A DNA stretch of 60,409 nucleotides, filler included. It is 7 parts of 7 records of this genome, joined end to end, with 100 filler letters (N's around TTAATTAATTAA, not from the genome) between each part and the next. Parts side by side here need not be neighbours in the genome. Positions count along the whole stretch, not along the records: positions 37,620 to 44,891 come from SRR20825019_20; positions 44,992 to 53,182 come from SRR20825019_22; 5 more parts are not named here. The stretch is one strand, 5' to 3'. A model generated the notes under the pieces. The model did not search any database, was not told the origin of the DNA, and saw only the letters and a program-made list of their open reading frames with translations. The translations under genes were made by a program, and so were the position numbers. Positions 42,379 through 53,282 of this stretch are shown here, in pieces (the first letter of the stretch is position 1; each line of letters opens with the position of its first letter).

Positions 42379-43085
42379 TTTTTCTTTTTCTTCTGTGGTT
42401 TAGGTTTTTGGGCTTCTAGTTTAAAAGGGCCATAATAGCGCATTTGGCGAACAATCCATTGGGTTCTTCGCGCCACATATGCGCTAGCAGGGTTGGCCTT
42501 ATACCGCTGTGGACTTGGTAAAATAGCAGCAATTGCAGCAGCATTTTCAGTACTTAATTTTTTTGCAGGCTTATGAAACCAATATTGTGAAGCAGCTTCC
42601 GCACCAAAAACGCCATTTCCCATTTCAATACTATTTAAATATACTTCCAAAATGCGCTCTTTACTCCAAAGAAATTCAATGAGTACTGTAAAGTATGCTT
42701 CCATACCTTTTCTAAACCAACTTCTTTCTGGCCACAAAAAAGCGTTTTTTGCCGTTTGTTGCGAAATAGTACTTCCTCCACGTAATTTTTTACCTTTTTC
42801 ATTACTTTCTAACGCTTTTTCTATTGCTTCACGATCAAAACCACTGTGACTTAAAAAAGTTTGATCCTCTGCACAGATAACTGCTAATTGCAGATACGGT
42901 GAAATCTCTTCTATGGGAACCCAATCATGACGCGTTTCATATTTTTCGTCTCCTTCAATAGCTCTAATTGCCATTAACGGAGTGTATGGAACAGGAACAA
43001 ATTTATAGATAAGCACCCATAAACCTGAGAGCCCAATGAACCACAAAAAAAGTTTGAAGAGAAATTTTATAAATTTTTTAATCAT
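42375..43085 (-). CDS. mtgA: Monofunctional peptidoglycan transglycosylase
   Basis: GT51 motifs EDQ.F..H.GFD, RGGSTISQQTAKN, RK..E, KERILEVYLN. Confidence 0.95.
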   Translation of the reverse strand: MIKKFIKFLFKLFLWFIGLSGLWVLIYKFVPVPYTPLMAIRAIEGDEKYETRHDWVPIEEISPYLQLAVICAEDQTFLSHSGFDREAIEKALESNEKGKKLRGGSTISQQTAKNAFLWPERSWFRKGMEAYFTVLIEFLWSKERILEVYLNSIEMGNGVFGAEAASQYWFHKPAKKLSTENAAAIAAILPSPQRYKANPASAYVARRTQWIVRQMRYYGPFKLEAQKPKPQKKKKK

Positions 43086-44208
43086 ATAAAGAAGCTAATT
43101 GTTTACCGATGGAGCTACCAATAGCAACACCCATTCCACCAAGCCTGACACCACAAAATACATTTTTTGAAACAGCTTTAATAATAGGTTTCTTCTGTTT
43201 TCCTAAGCCCATAATCCCGCTCCAACGTTGCGCTACTTCAAAAGATTGATTCGGTAAAATTACTGTTTTAAGTAGTTCCTCTAGCTTGTTTTGAATTAGT
43301 TGCGTTAATTCCATTTCAGTGGTTTCTTCCTTTTTAAAATCAAGATTTCTACCACCTCCAAAAAGTATTCTATTTTCAATATTTCTAAAATAATAATACC
43401 CTTTATCAAGGTGAAATGTACCCTTTATTTTTAAGTTTTCAATTGGTTTTGTAACTAAAACTTGTGCTCTGGCAGGTTTTATATCTTCCTTCAAAAATTG
43501 TTTTGCGAAGCCATTTGTAGCTATAAAAACTTTTTTTACAGTAATATCACCTTGAGGATGTTGGTGGGAATTTATGCTTAGCGAAACAGAAGTGCCGTTG
43601 TCTGAAATATTAGAAATTTCAGAAGAATTTAAAATTAAAATATTCTCTTTTGAAGCTTTTTTAATCAAGCCAAGCATCATTTTTCCAGTGTCTATTTGAC
43701 CTTCAAATTTGTTATAAATTAAGTTAGACTGAATGTTTTTAAACCCGAAATCATTCCCTTTTTCTGAAAAAACGTCGGTATTAAAAATTGGTTTCAACAG
43801 TTCATTTACGGTTTTAAGTTTCAATTTACAAGTTTCAAAAAGCTCAGAATCTTCGTTTGTGAAAAGTTCATATCCGCCATATTCTTGATAATCTATTTGC
43901 GTATCGCCTAAGGTATTTCGCAATAATTGCAATCCTTCTACTCTATTTTTTACAAGATGAATTACCTCTTCCTCAGAATGATTTTTAAGGTCTTCTAAAA
44001 TTTCAGAAATACTTCCAAAACAAGCAAAACCAGCATTTTTAGTACTCGCCCCACTTGGAAGAATCCCGCGTTCAAAAACTACAATTTTACTTTTAGGGTG
44101 TTTTTTTCGAAGTGAAAGCGCGCAGTTTAAACCAACGATTCCACTTCCTATAATTGCAAAATCTATAGCTGAAAACCACGTTTTATTTTCCCAGAATGAA
44201 AGATTCAT
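43078..44208 (-). CDS. FAD-dependent oxidoreductase (DAO/PuuB-like)
   Basis: GSGIVG Rossmann motif, GASTKNAGF, ATNG, WSGIMG. Confidence 0.9.
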   Translation of the reverse strand: MNLSFWENKTWFSAIDFAIIGSGIVGLNCALSLRKKHPKSKIVVFERGILPSGASTKNAGFACFGSISEILEDLKNHSEEEVIHLVKNRVEGLQLLRNTLGDTQIDYQEYGGYELFTNEDSELFETCKLKLKTVNELLKPIFNTDVFSEKGNDFGFKNIQSNLIYNKFEGQIDTGKMMLGLIKKASKENILILNSSEISNISDNGTSVSLSINSHQHPQGDITVKKVFIATNGFAKQFLKEDIKPARAQVLVTKPIENLKIKGTFHLDKGYYYFRNIENRILFGGGRNLDFKKEETTEMELTQLIQNKLEELLKTVILPNQSFEVAQRWSGIMGLGKQKKPIIKAVSKNVFCGVRLGGMGVAIGSSIGKQLASLYD

Positions 44209-44225
44209 TTCCCTTTATTTAAAAA

Positions 44226-44233
44226 CAAATATA
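44226..44233 (-). promoter_or_regulatory. Bacteroidota -7 promoter element
   Basis: TATATTTG on the minus strand, 17 nt upstream of the oxidoreductase start. Confidence 0.6.
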
Positions 44234-44265
44234 GTTAGGAAAACAGCTTCATAAATTTTTGGAAT

Positions 44266-44311
44266 AAAAAAAAGCATCAAATTCCAATAAAATATTTTGA
44301 AATTTGATGCT
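44266..44311 (-). terminator. Rho-independent terminator after accC
   Basis: AGCATCAAATT/AATTTGATGCT inverted repeat with a T8 tail on the minus strand. Confidence 0.75.
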
Positions 44312-44389
44312 CGTTAAATTGTATTCAGTGTCAGTTTTAAAAAACAGCTGTTTTCATTCATAAAAAACAGGATACTGCCACTTTTTTAT

Positions 44390-44891
44390 TTATTCCTCTT
44401 CCGGTTCATTCATATGAAATGTATTCATAAATGCCGTTGTGTAGTTTCCAGCCACATAATCCGGCTCATCCATCAACTGTCTATGAAATGGAATGGTTGT
44501 TTTTATACCTTCAATGACAAATTCATCCAAAGCACGCTTCATTTTGTTTATTGCTTCCTCACGCGTTTGAGCAGTCGTAATAAGCTTCGCAATCATAGAA
44601 TCGTAGTTTGGCGGAATTGTGTAACCCGCGTAAACGTGGGTGTCTAAACGAATTCCGTGACCTCCTGGCGCATGCAATACGGTTATTTTTCCAGGGGAAG
44701 GGCGAAAATCATTGTAAGGATCTTCGGCGTTTATTCTACATTCAATAGAGTGCAACTGTGGGGTGTAATTTTTTCCAGAAATTGGAATTCCAGCAGCCAC
44801 CAAAATTTGTTCGCGAATAAGATCATAATCAATTACTTGTTCGGTAATTGGATGTTCTACTTGAATACGGGTGTTCATTTCCATAAAGTAG
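44390..44891 (-). CDS. accC: Acetyl-CoA carboxylase biotin carboxylase, 5'-partial
   Basis: [29 protein letters not shown]. Confidence 0.97.
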
Positions 44892-44991
44892 NNNNNNNNN
44901 NNNNNNNNNNNNNNNNNNNNNNNNNNNNNNNNNNNTTAATTAATTAANNNNNNNNNNNNNNNNNNNNNNNNNNNNNNNNNNNNNNNNNNNN
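44892..44991. other. Artificial contig linker
   Basis: N-TTAATTAATTAA-N. Confidence 0.99.
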
Positions 44992-45251
44992 CAAGACCGC
45001 TTCGCTATAAGAAAAAAGACCAAATCTCAACGTTCAAAAAAATAAGTAGTTTAAAGAAACAACTTTATTAGAAATCCACTTTTTATTCATTTTTATTAAT
45101 GGTAAGGGGTCTATTTTAAAAACCTCATTTAAACCTTGACACAATTGAAGTCCTATAAATCCCGCTAACTTTTATTGAGCAACAATAGATTAAAAAAGAT
45201 AATTATTTTTTGTTAAATTCAGCCTCACTAAAAACCAACTAACAAAACAAA

Positions 45252-46046
45252 ATGAAACTACTAACACTATTCTGCATTTTACTATTATCTTTTTCATGTT
45301 CAAAATCTACAAACGCACAAGAGCCCGAAACTTCAACAGACTTAAAACTTATTTGGGAAGAGAATTTTGATGGCGCATCTTTAAACAAAACCGATTGGAA
45401 TTTAGAACTCGGTAATGGCTGTCCTAATAATTGCGGATGGGGAAATAATGAACGACAAGTTTATACCACCAACAATCATCAAATAAAAGATGGAAAATTA
45501 ATTATTACTGCAAAAAAGGAAGGGGACAAATACACCTCTACACGAATGACCACTCAAAACAAACATCAATTTCAATATGGAACTATTGAAGCTAGAGCAA
45601 AACTTCCTATTGGACAAGGCATTTGGCCTGCCTTTTGGATGTTGGGAGCTAATATAAGCGAAGTAAGTTGGCCTCAATGTGGCGAAATAGACATTTTAGA
45701 ATACGTTGGAAAAGAACCTGAAACTGTATACACAACAATTCACACTACCGATACTCATGGAGAAAATGCAAGTTCCCAGAAAACACCTTTTAAAAACATA
45801 GAAGAAGGGTTTCATACCTACAAAGTTAATTGGACCGCAAAAAAGATCGAGTTCTTAGTAGACAATAAATTAGTTTATACGTATGCTCCATTAGAAAAAA
45901 CAGAAAGCAATTGGCCATTCAACAAACCTCAATTTATACTATTAAATATGGCTGTTGGAGGAAATTTTGGAGGCCCAGAAGTAGATGATAGTATTTTTCC
46001 GCAGGAATATATAGTTGACTATATTAAAGTCTATCAAACAAAATAA
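45252..46046 (+). CDS. GH16 laminarinase-like glycoside hydrolase, lipoprotein
   Basis: Lipobox-like LSFSC, GWGNNE, WPAFWMLG, catalytic EIDILE. Confidence 0.95.
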   Translation: MKLLTLFCILLLSFSCSKSTNAQEPETSTDLKLIWEENFDGASLNKTDWNLELGNGCPNNCGWGNNERQVYTTNNHQIKDGKLIITAKKEGDKYTSTRMTTQNKHQFQYGTIEARAKLPIGQGIWPAFWMLGANISEVSWPQCGEIDILEYVGKEPETVYTTIHTTDTHGENASSQKTPFKNIEEGFHTYKVNWTAKKIEFLVDNKLVYTYAPLEKTESNWPFNKPQFILLNMAVGGNFGGPEVDDSIFPQEYIVDYIKVYQTK

Positions 46047-46170
46047 TCATGTTTTTTAAACACGGATTCATTAAAGTTCTTTTATCTCCAATTACCCCCC
46101 TGTTACACCCTACAGAAATGGAGAATAATGGATACTTGGAATGTACCCTAAAAATCTACATAAAACCAAC

Positions 46171-46195
46171 AAAAAAACCCGATGCTTGGCATCGG
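46171..46195 (-). terminator. Rho-independent terminator
   Basis: CCGATGC/GCATCGG stem with a T7 tail on the minus strand. Confidence 0.7.
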
Positions 46196-46232
46196 ATTTA
46201 TAATTCTTCTATAAAAAAGATTTTTTTCTAAA

Positions 46233-46502
46233 TTACAGTTCAGCTTTTTCAGCCTCAGTTTTTACTTCTTCAGCAGCATTCTCAGCTCCTTCTTTAGTAT
46301 CTTCTGCAGCCTCTTCAATAGCGTCTCCAGTTTCTTCTGCAGCTTCTTCAATAGCAGCTCCAGTGTCTTCTGCAGCCTCTTCTACGTCATCAGCAGCACT
46401 TTCTATAGCGTCTTCTGCTTTCTCTTTTGTTGTTTCTTTACAAGATACAACTGAAAATCCTAATGCGAATACAAGAGCTAAACTTAAAATTACTTTTTTC
46501 AT
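46233..46502 (-). CDS. Small acidic helical-repeat lipoprotein
   Basis: Signal ending VVSC; tandem 11-aa repeats of the TGDAIEEAAED type. Confidence 0.85.
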   Translation of the reverse strand: MKKVILSLALVFALGFSVVSCKETTKEKAEDAIESAADDVEEAAEDTGAAIEEAAEETGDAIEEAAEDTKEGAENAAEEVKTEAEKAEL

Positions 46503-46616
46503 GGTTTTTTTGTTTAATTATTTACTTAAATTTTGCGATACGAATGTAGTAATATTTTTCATTCGTAAACAAATAATTTCTATGCATTTCTAATATATTT
46601 ATAGCTATGCTAAAAA

Positions 46617-47861
46617 TCATTTAATTAATTTACGAATGTAGTCCCCTATTTGGATCTTAGCCCCTTTATTTTTATTTATAAAATTTTTATTTTTTTCACC
46701 TAAATCGTTTAAAATCAACCCATTATTAATCAAATAATCAAATTCTTTTTTAAACTCATTTTTTCCATTTACGGAAATTACTCCACCTATTCCTACCAAA
46801 TTTTCAGCCTCTATAAAACCTTTATAGTTTTTTCCAATCAATACAGGAATCCCAAAAACAGCAGGTTCCAATGTATTATGCAACCCAGTTACGCCCATTC
46901 CCCCACCAACATAAGCAATATCAGCATAACTATAAATTTTTGTAAGCAGTCCAATTGTATTTATAATTAACACCTCAAAATCTGCTAAGTTTTTTTCTGC
47001 TATTTCTGAAAATAATATTGTTTTTTTATCTAACGAAGCCTTTAGTTTTTCAATCTCGCCTCCTTTAATATTATGTGGCGCAATTACATATTTTATAGCA
47101 GCAGAAGCATCATTATTTATATAGTCTTTCAATAAGACCTCATCTTCTGGCCACGTACTTCCCGCAACAAAGCACAGTTTATCTTGTTTAAATTCTTCTA
47201 AAAAAGCTAAAGCATTATCTCTTTCTAATATTTCTGAAACTCTATCAAAACGTGTGTCTCCACTTACGGTTACATTTTTAATATCTATACTTTCTAGTAA
47301 TTTTTTGGAGTTTTCATCTTGAACAAATAAATGATCAAAAGTTTGAAGGGATTTTCTCATAAAGCTTCCATACCAATGAAAAAACGCCTGACTTTCCCTA
47401 AAAATTCCTGATACTAATAATGTTGGAACATTTTCTTTTTTTAAAGCGGAGAGATAATTAGGCCAAAATTCATATTTAACAAAAATAGCGAGCTCAGGTT
47501 TTACAATTTTTAAAAACTGCTTTGCATTGTAGGTTGTATCTAAAGGAAGGTAACAAACAATAGCTGCTGCAGTAGTATTCTTTTTTACTTCATACCCAGA
47601 TGGCGAAAAAAAAGTAACTAAGATTTTATGCGAAGGAAATTCTCTTTTGGTTTGCTCAATTACAGGTAAACCTTGTTCAAATTCTCCTAAAGAGGCGGTA
47701 TGAAACCAAATAATTTTATCGTTGTCTGAAATTTCTTCAGCTAAAAAATCAAAAATCCCAACACGACCTTTAACAAAAAGCTCTAACTTACTGTTAAATA
47801 AGGCTATTATTTTAATAAAAAAGCCCGATAAATAAACTAAGATATTATATAAAAAAAGCAC
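46617..47861 (-). CDS. waaA: 3-deoxy-D-manno-octulosonic acid (Kdo) transferase
   Basis: IWFHTASLGE, YLPLD, GDTRFD, AGSTW, YVGGG...HNTLEPA. Confidence 0.95.
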   Translation of the reverse strand: MLFLYNILVYLSGFFIKIIALFNSKLELFVKGRVGIFDFLAEEISDNDKIIWFHTASLGEFEQGLPVIEQTKREFPSHKILVTFFSPSGYEVKKNTTAAAIVCYLPLDTTYNAKQFLKIVKPELAIFVKYEFWPNYLSALKKENVPTLLVSGIFRESQAFFHWYGSFMRKSLQTFDHLFVQDENSKKLLESIDIKNVTVSGDTRFDRVSEILERDNALAFLEEFKQDKLCFVAGSTWPEDEVLLKDYINNDASAAIKYVIAPHNIKGGEIEKLKASLDKKTILFSEIAEKNLADFEVLIINTIGLLTKIYSYADIAYVGGGMGVTGLHNTLEPAVFGIPVLIGKNYKGFIEAENLVGIGGVISVNGKNEFKKEFDYLINNGLILNDLGEKNKNFINKNKGAKIQIGDYIRKLIK

Positions 47862-47928
47862 ATTATTTTGTTTGCTGCTAAAATACGTTACTTTCTGTTA
47901 ATACATTGGGTGTGGTAACTTAATTTTG

Positions 47929-47936
47929 TAATTTTG
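47929..47936 (+). promoter_or_regulatory. Bacteroidota -7 promoter element
   Basis: TAATTTTG (second copy at 47921) 22 nt upstream of the DegT gene. Confidence 0.55.
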
Positions 47937-47958
47937 TAGCTACTTAAGATTTATCTCC

Positions 47959-49104
47959 ATGAGGAAAATACAGATGGTTGACTTACAAAGTCAATATAGT
48001 TTCATAAAAGAACAAGTAAACAATTCCATAACCGAAGTTTTAGAATCTGCCGCATTTATAAACGGCCCTGAAGTTCAGAATTTCCAAAAAGAATTAGAAG
48101 AATATTTAGACGTAAAACACGTAATCCCATGTGCAAATGGTACAGATGCATTGCAAATAGCAATGATGGGATTAAACTTAAAGCCTGGGGACGAAGTTAT
48201 TACCGTAGATTTTACCTTTGCTGCAACAGTAGAAGTTATTGCTTTACTGCAATTAACTCCTGTTTTAGTAGATGTAGACCCGTCTACTTTTAATATTGAT
48301 ATTGAGGCCATAAAAAAAGCCATCACACCAAAAACAAAAGCTATTGTTCCGGTGCACCTTTTTGGTCAGTGTGCCAATATGGAGGCTATTATGGAAATTG
48401 CTAAAGAACACAATCTTTATGTTATTGAAGATGACGCGCAAGGAATTGGAGGCGATTATACATTTAGCAATGGAGTTACAAAAAAATCTGGCGCTATAGG
48501 TCATGTTGCTGCCACTTCTTTTTTCCCTTCTAAAAACTTAGGATGTTATGGTGATGGAGGAGCAATTTTTACAAATGATGATGAATTAGCGCACACGCTT
48601 AGAGGAATTGTAAACCACGGAATGTACGAACGCTACCACCATGATGTTGTAGGAGTAAATTCTCGTTTAGACTCTATTCAAGCTGCCGTTTTACGTGCTA
48701 AACTTCCATTATTAGACACCTATAATACTAAAAGAAGGAAAGCTGCAGTAAAATATACGGAAGCATTAAAAGGACACAACCATATTATTACGCCCGCTAT
48801 TACTGAAGGAGCGTTAACGGAAAATAATAATCATCATGTTTTTCATCAATATACCTTGAGAATTACCAATGGAAAACGAGACGAATTAGTGAAATTTTTA
48901 AATGAAAACGGGATTCCTTGTGGCGTTTATTACCCAATTCCATTACACAGCCAAAAAGCATATATGGATTCTCGCTACAACGAAAATGATTTTAAAGTAA
49001 CAAATCAATTGGTAAAAGAAGTTATATCGCTTCCAATGCACACAGAATTAGATGATGACCAAATTTTATTTATTACAGATAAAATAAAAGAATTTATTAA
49101 CTAA
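47959..49104 (+). CDS. DegT/DnrJ/EryC1/StrS sugar aminotransferase
   Basis: NGTDAL, VHLFGQ, EDDAQ, SFFPSKNLG, NSRLD. Confidence 0.95.
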   Translation: MRKIQMVDLQSQYSFIKEQVNNSITEVLESAAFINGPEVQNFQKELEEYLDVKHVIPCANGTDALQIAMMGLNLKPGDEVITVDFTFAATVEVIALLQLTPVLVDVDPSTFNIDIEAIKKAITPKTKAIVPVHLFGQCANMEAIMEIAKEHNLYVIEDDAQGIGGDYTFSNGVTKKSGAIGHVAATSFFPSKNLGCYGDGGAIFTNDDELAHTLRGIVNHGMYERYHHDVVGVNSRLDSIQAAVLRAKLPLLDTYNTKRRKAAVKYTEALKGHNHIITPAITEGALTENNNHHVFHQYTLRITNGKRDELVKFLNENGIPCGVYYPIPLHSQKAYMDSRYNENDFKVTNQLVKEVISLPMHTELDDDQILFITDKIKEFIN

Positions 49105-49149
49105 CCGGGTTATTCTATATAATAACTCACACCAAACAAACTACAATTA

Positions 49150-50166
49150 ATGAAAATACTTGTAACTGGAGGACTAGGCTTTATAGGGTCTCACACTGTA
49201 GTAGAGCTTCAAAACAAAGGTTTTGAAGTAATTATTATAGACAACCTTTCCAACTCTTCTATAGATGTTTTAGATGCTATTGCTAAAATTACAGGCAAAA
49301 AACCTGAATTTGAAAAACTCGATTTAAGAGAAAAAGAAGCTGTATCTGCATTCTTTAAAAAACACACCGATATTGCGGGAGTAATCCATTTTGCAGCCTC
49401 TATTTTTGTAAATGAAAGTGTCGAGAATCCGTTATTATACTACGAGAACAACATCAATACTTTAATTTATTTACTAAAAGAAGTTTCCGCTAGAAAAGAG
49501 ATGTCAATGATTTTTAGTTCTTCCTGCACCGTTTACGGTCAGGCAGACGAATTGCCAATTACAGAAGAAGCTCCAGTTAAAAAAGCAGAAGCTCCTTACG
49601 GAAACACTAAACAAATAGGAGAAGAAATTATAGAAGACACCTGTAAAGTTTATCCAAACTTAAAAGCTATTTCATTGCGTTATTTTAATCCAATTGGAGC
49701 GCATGAAACTGCCAATATTGGAGAAACTCCACAAGGCAAACCTCATCATTTAGTTCCTTATATTACACAAACTGCTATTGGCATTAGAGAACAATTATTG
49801 GTATTTGGAGGCGATTATGACACCGCAGATGGTACTTGTGTTAGAGATTACATTCATGTTGTAGATTTAGGAAAGGCACATGCCACAGCATTAGAACGCT
49901 TACTAAACAACAAGAACAAATCTAATTATGAAGTTTTCAATATCGGAACAGGTAAAGGAAGTACCGTTTTAGAAGTAATTTCTAGTTTTGAAAAAGTAAG
50001 CGGACAGAAACTTAATTATAAAATTGTAGACAGACGTCCTGGAGATGTAACTGCTATTTATGCCGACACCAAAAAAGCAAATAATGAATTAGGTTGGCAA
50101 GCAAAATCTACGCTAGATGAAGCCATGGATTCTGCTTGGAAATGGGAGAAAAAAGTTAGAAGTTAA
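49150..50166 (+). CDS. galE: UDP-glucose 4-epimerase
   Basis: GGLGFIG, FSSS, YGNTK, LRYFNPIGAH, RDYIHV. Confidence 0.93.
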   Translation: MKILVTGGLGFIGSHTVVELQNKGFEVIIIDNLSNSSIDVLDAIAKITGKKPEFEKLDLREKEAVSAFFKKHTDIAGVIHFAASIFVNESVENPLLYYENNINTLIYLLKEVSARKEMSMIFSSSCTVYGQADELPITEEAPVKKAEAPYGNTKQIGEEIIEDTCKVYPNLKAISLRYFNPIGAHETANIGETPQGKPHHLVPYITQTAIGIREQLLVFGGDYDTADGTCVRDYIHVVDLGKAHATALERLLNNKNKSNYEVFNIGTGKGSTVLEVISSFEKVSGQKLNYKIVDRRPGDVTAIYADTKKANNELGWQAKSTLDEAMDSAWKWEKKVRS

Positions 50167-50196
50167 TAACTTCTAATTACACCAATATATAATTAT

Positions 50197-50245
50197 AAAT
50201 AGAGCGTAGTCAGACTATTATTTTCATGACTACGCTCTATTTTTT
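50197..50245. terminator. Terminator between convergent galE and SDR genes
   Basis: 16-bp inverted repeat AAATAGAGCGTAGTCA/TGACTACGCTCTATTT with a T run. Confidence 0.85.
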
Positions 50246-50269
50246 GTATTCCAACTAGGGTATACTAAA

Positions 50270-51052
50270 TTAAAAAGCTGTTTTTACAGTCCCTCCATCC
50301 GCACGTAAAGCTGCGCCATTTGTTGCCGAAGAAAGCGGACTAGCAACATAAACTACCATATTTGCAACCTCCTGTGGATCGGTAAAACGTTGTAATAAAG
50401 AGGTAGGGCGTTCTGTTTTAAAAAACTGTTTTTCAACTTCGTCTCTTTTCCCCTCTTCAACGCCTGCAAATTCTTTCACTCCTTCAGAAAGTGTTGGTCC
50501 AGGTAACACCGAATTTACTGTTACATTAGTTCCTTTTGTAGTTTCTGCTATTCCACGAGAAATTGCAAGCTGTGCTGTTTTGGTCATTCCATAGTGCACC
50601 ATCTCAACAGGAATATTTATACTACTTTCACTAGAAATAAATATAATTCGCCCCCAATTCTTTCTCTTCATTGCTGGTAAAAAAGCACGAGATAATCTAA
50701 CCCCGCTCATTACATTTATGTCATAGAATTTCTGCCATTCATCATCTGCAATTTCTTCAAATGGTTTGGGCTCAAAGATTCCAACATTGTTTATCAGAAT
50801 ATCTACTTCTCCTACATTTTCAATAAGAGATTTCACTTCTTCAGGACTTGAAAAATCACACGCAACCCCTGTTACTTCGGCATCATTTATTGTTTCTTTT
50901 ATTCTTTTTAAAGCATCGTCCACAGTGCTTTTACTTCTCCCATTAATAATAACTTCGGCACCTTCTTTGACTAATGTTTTCGCTATTGCAAATCCAATTC
51001 CTTTAGTAGAACCAGATATAAAAGCGCGTTTTCCTTTTAATTCTAAATCCAT
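50270..51052 (-). CDS. Short-chain dehydrogenase/reductase
   Basis: SGSTKGIG, NNVG, YGMTK, VNSVLPG. Confidence 0.95.
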   Translation of the reverse strand: MDLELKGKRAFISGSTKGIGFAIAKTLVKEGAEVIINGRSKSTVDDALKRIKETINDAEVTGVACDFSSPEEVKSLIENVGEVDILINNVGIFEPKPFEEIADDEWQKFYDINVMSGVRLSRAFLPAMKRKNWGRIIFISSESSINIPVEMVHYGMTKTAQLAISRGIAETTKGTNVTVNSVLPGPTLSEGVKEFAGVEEGKRDEVEKQFFKTERPTSLLQRFTDPQEVANMVVYVASPLSSATNGAALRADGGTVKTAF

Positions 51053-51385
51053 AATCTATTTTTTTATCAATTACTTGGAAGCAAGCCCGTAAAAAAGATA
51101 AATAAGCATAGTTTACTCATCTAATTCAGAGTCTTTCAATAAACTCAAGGCATGCTTTAGGGAATTAAACCCTCTATGAAGTATTAAATTATTCAATAAA
51201 AAACACTTAAAAAAGTTTCATTAGCGTTTTAAGTTTAATTTAGCTTTTGGAATGATTACTTATCAATTATCTTTGTAGCTAACTACCTTGTGGAATAGTC
51301 AATAACCGTTAAGATAAAATATATTATTCCGCATATTATATTGAATAAACAAGCCCAGTTATTGGGATAAAATAAATAAGTTTTA

Positions 51386-53182
51386 GTGAGTAATACAATC
51401 ACGCTGGCCGGTCTCAGTCAGGTTATAACTACGTATAAAGAATCTCTGCAACAACAGAAATTAGGGCGTTCTATTGCCAATTCTAAAAATAATACTTATT
51501 TAAAAGGTCTTGTAGGCTCTTCTATTTCTATTGTAATTGCAAATGCTTTTAGAGAAACTGAACTTCCTTTTTTATTGGTGCTCAATGATAAGGAAGAAGC
51601 TGCATATCATTTAAATGATTTAGAACAACTTATAGGAGAAAAAGATGTTCTTTTTTACCCCGGAAGTTACCGCAGGCCCTATCAAATAGAAGAAACAGAT
51701 AATGCGAATATTCTGCTTAGAGCTGAAGTTTTAAACCGAATAAATTCTCGGAAAAAACCCGCAATTATTGTTACCTATCCAGAAGCGCTATTTGAAAAAG
51801 TTGTTACTAAAAAAGAACTCGAGCGTAGTACGTTAAAAATAAATTTAAACGATAAACTTTCAATAGATTTTATAAATGAAACTCTTTTTGAGTACAAATT
51901 TAAAAGAGTAGATTTTGTTACTGAGCCTGGAGAATTTTCTGTTAGAGGAGGTATTGTGGATGTTTTTTCATTTTCTAATGATGAACCTTACCGAATTGAG
52001 TTTTTTGGAGAAGAAGTAGATAGCATTCGAACCTTTGATGTGGAAACACAACTTTCCACTGAAAAACTAAAGAAAATCAATATCATTCCGAATGTTGAAA
52101 ATAAATTTTTAGAAGAAGAGCGGGAAAGTTTCTTAAAATATGTTTCAGCTAAAACAGTTGTTTTCAGTAGAAATAGCGAGCTCCTTTTTTCTAGAATAGA
52201 CGGATTGTTCTCTAAAGCAGAAGAAGCCTTTACTAAACTTTCAAAAGAAATAAAACATGCGCCTCCAAAAGAGTTATTTTGTGATGGTGCTCTACTAAAA
52301 AATCAGCTTAAAGGTTTTATTACTATTCATTTAAGTGCTCCAAAAGCTAATGATATAGCTTATGAAACTATCCTTTTTAACACAACGCCACAACCGTCTT
52401 TTAATAAACAATTTGATTTATTAATAGAAGATTTAAATAGCAACCATGAGAAAGGATACAAAAATTACATCTATTGCGTAAGCGAGCAGCAAGCAAAGCG
52501 TTTCCATGATATTTTTGATGATGTAGAAACAGAAGTTCATTATCAAACCGTGGTGTTTTCTATGTATCAAGGTTTTATTGATAACGAATTTAAGATTGCT
52601 TGCTATACCGATCATCAAATTTTTGAACGGTATCATAAATTTCAACTAAAAAATGGCTATTCCAAAAAGCAAGCTATTACACTTAAAGAGCTTACCAATC
52701 TTGAAATTGGCGATTATGTAACCCATATTGACCATGGTATTGGAACTTTTGGAGGCTTACAAAAAATTCAAGTAGAAGGAAAACTACAAGAGGCTATAAA
52801 ACTAATTTATGGCGAGCGTGATATTTTATATGTAAGCATCCACTCACTCCACAAAATAACCAAGTTTAATGGAAAAGATGGAAAACCTCCTAAAATATAT
52901 AAGTTAGGGTCTGCTGCATGGAAAAATCTAAAGAAAAAGACTAAAAGTAAGGTTAAAGAAATTGCCTTTAACCTTATTAAACTCTACGCAAAAAGAAAAA
53001 CTGAAAAAGGTTTTCAATACGGTCCAGATAGTTACCTACAAAACGAGTTGGAAGCTTCTTTTTTATATGAAGACACCCCAGACCAAAGTACTGCCACTGA
53101 AGATGTAAAAAGAGATATGGAAAGTGAACAGCCCATGGATAGGCTTGTTTGTGGAGATGTAGGATTTGGAAAAACAGAAGTT
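51386..53182 (+). CDS. mfd: Transcription-repair coupling factor, 3'-partial
   Basis: GEFSVRGG, RID domain GDYVTHIDHGIG, ETPDQ-like motif, MDRLVCGDVGFGKTEV. Confidence 0.97.
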
Positions 53183-53282
53183 NNNNNNNNNNNNNNNNNN
53201 NNNNNNNNNNNNNNNNNNNNNNNNNNTTAATTAATTAANNNNNNNNNNNNNNNNNNNNNNNNNNNNNNNNNNNNNNNNNNNN
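53183..53282. other. Artificial contig linker
   Basis: N-TTAATTAATTAA-N. Confidence 0.99.

Noticed and set aside
46049-46231. 60-aa ORF after GH16
   Set aside because: It spans a terminator hairpin and has no recognisable features.
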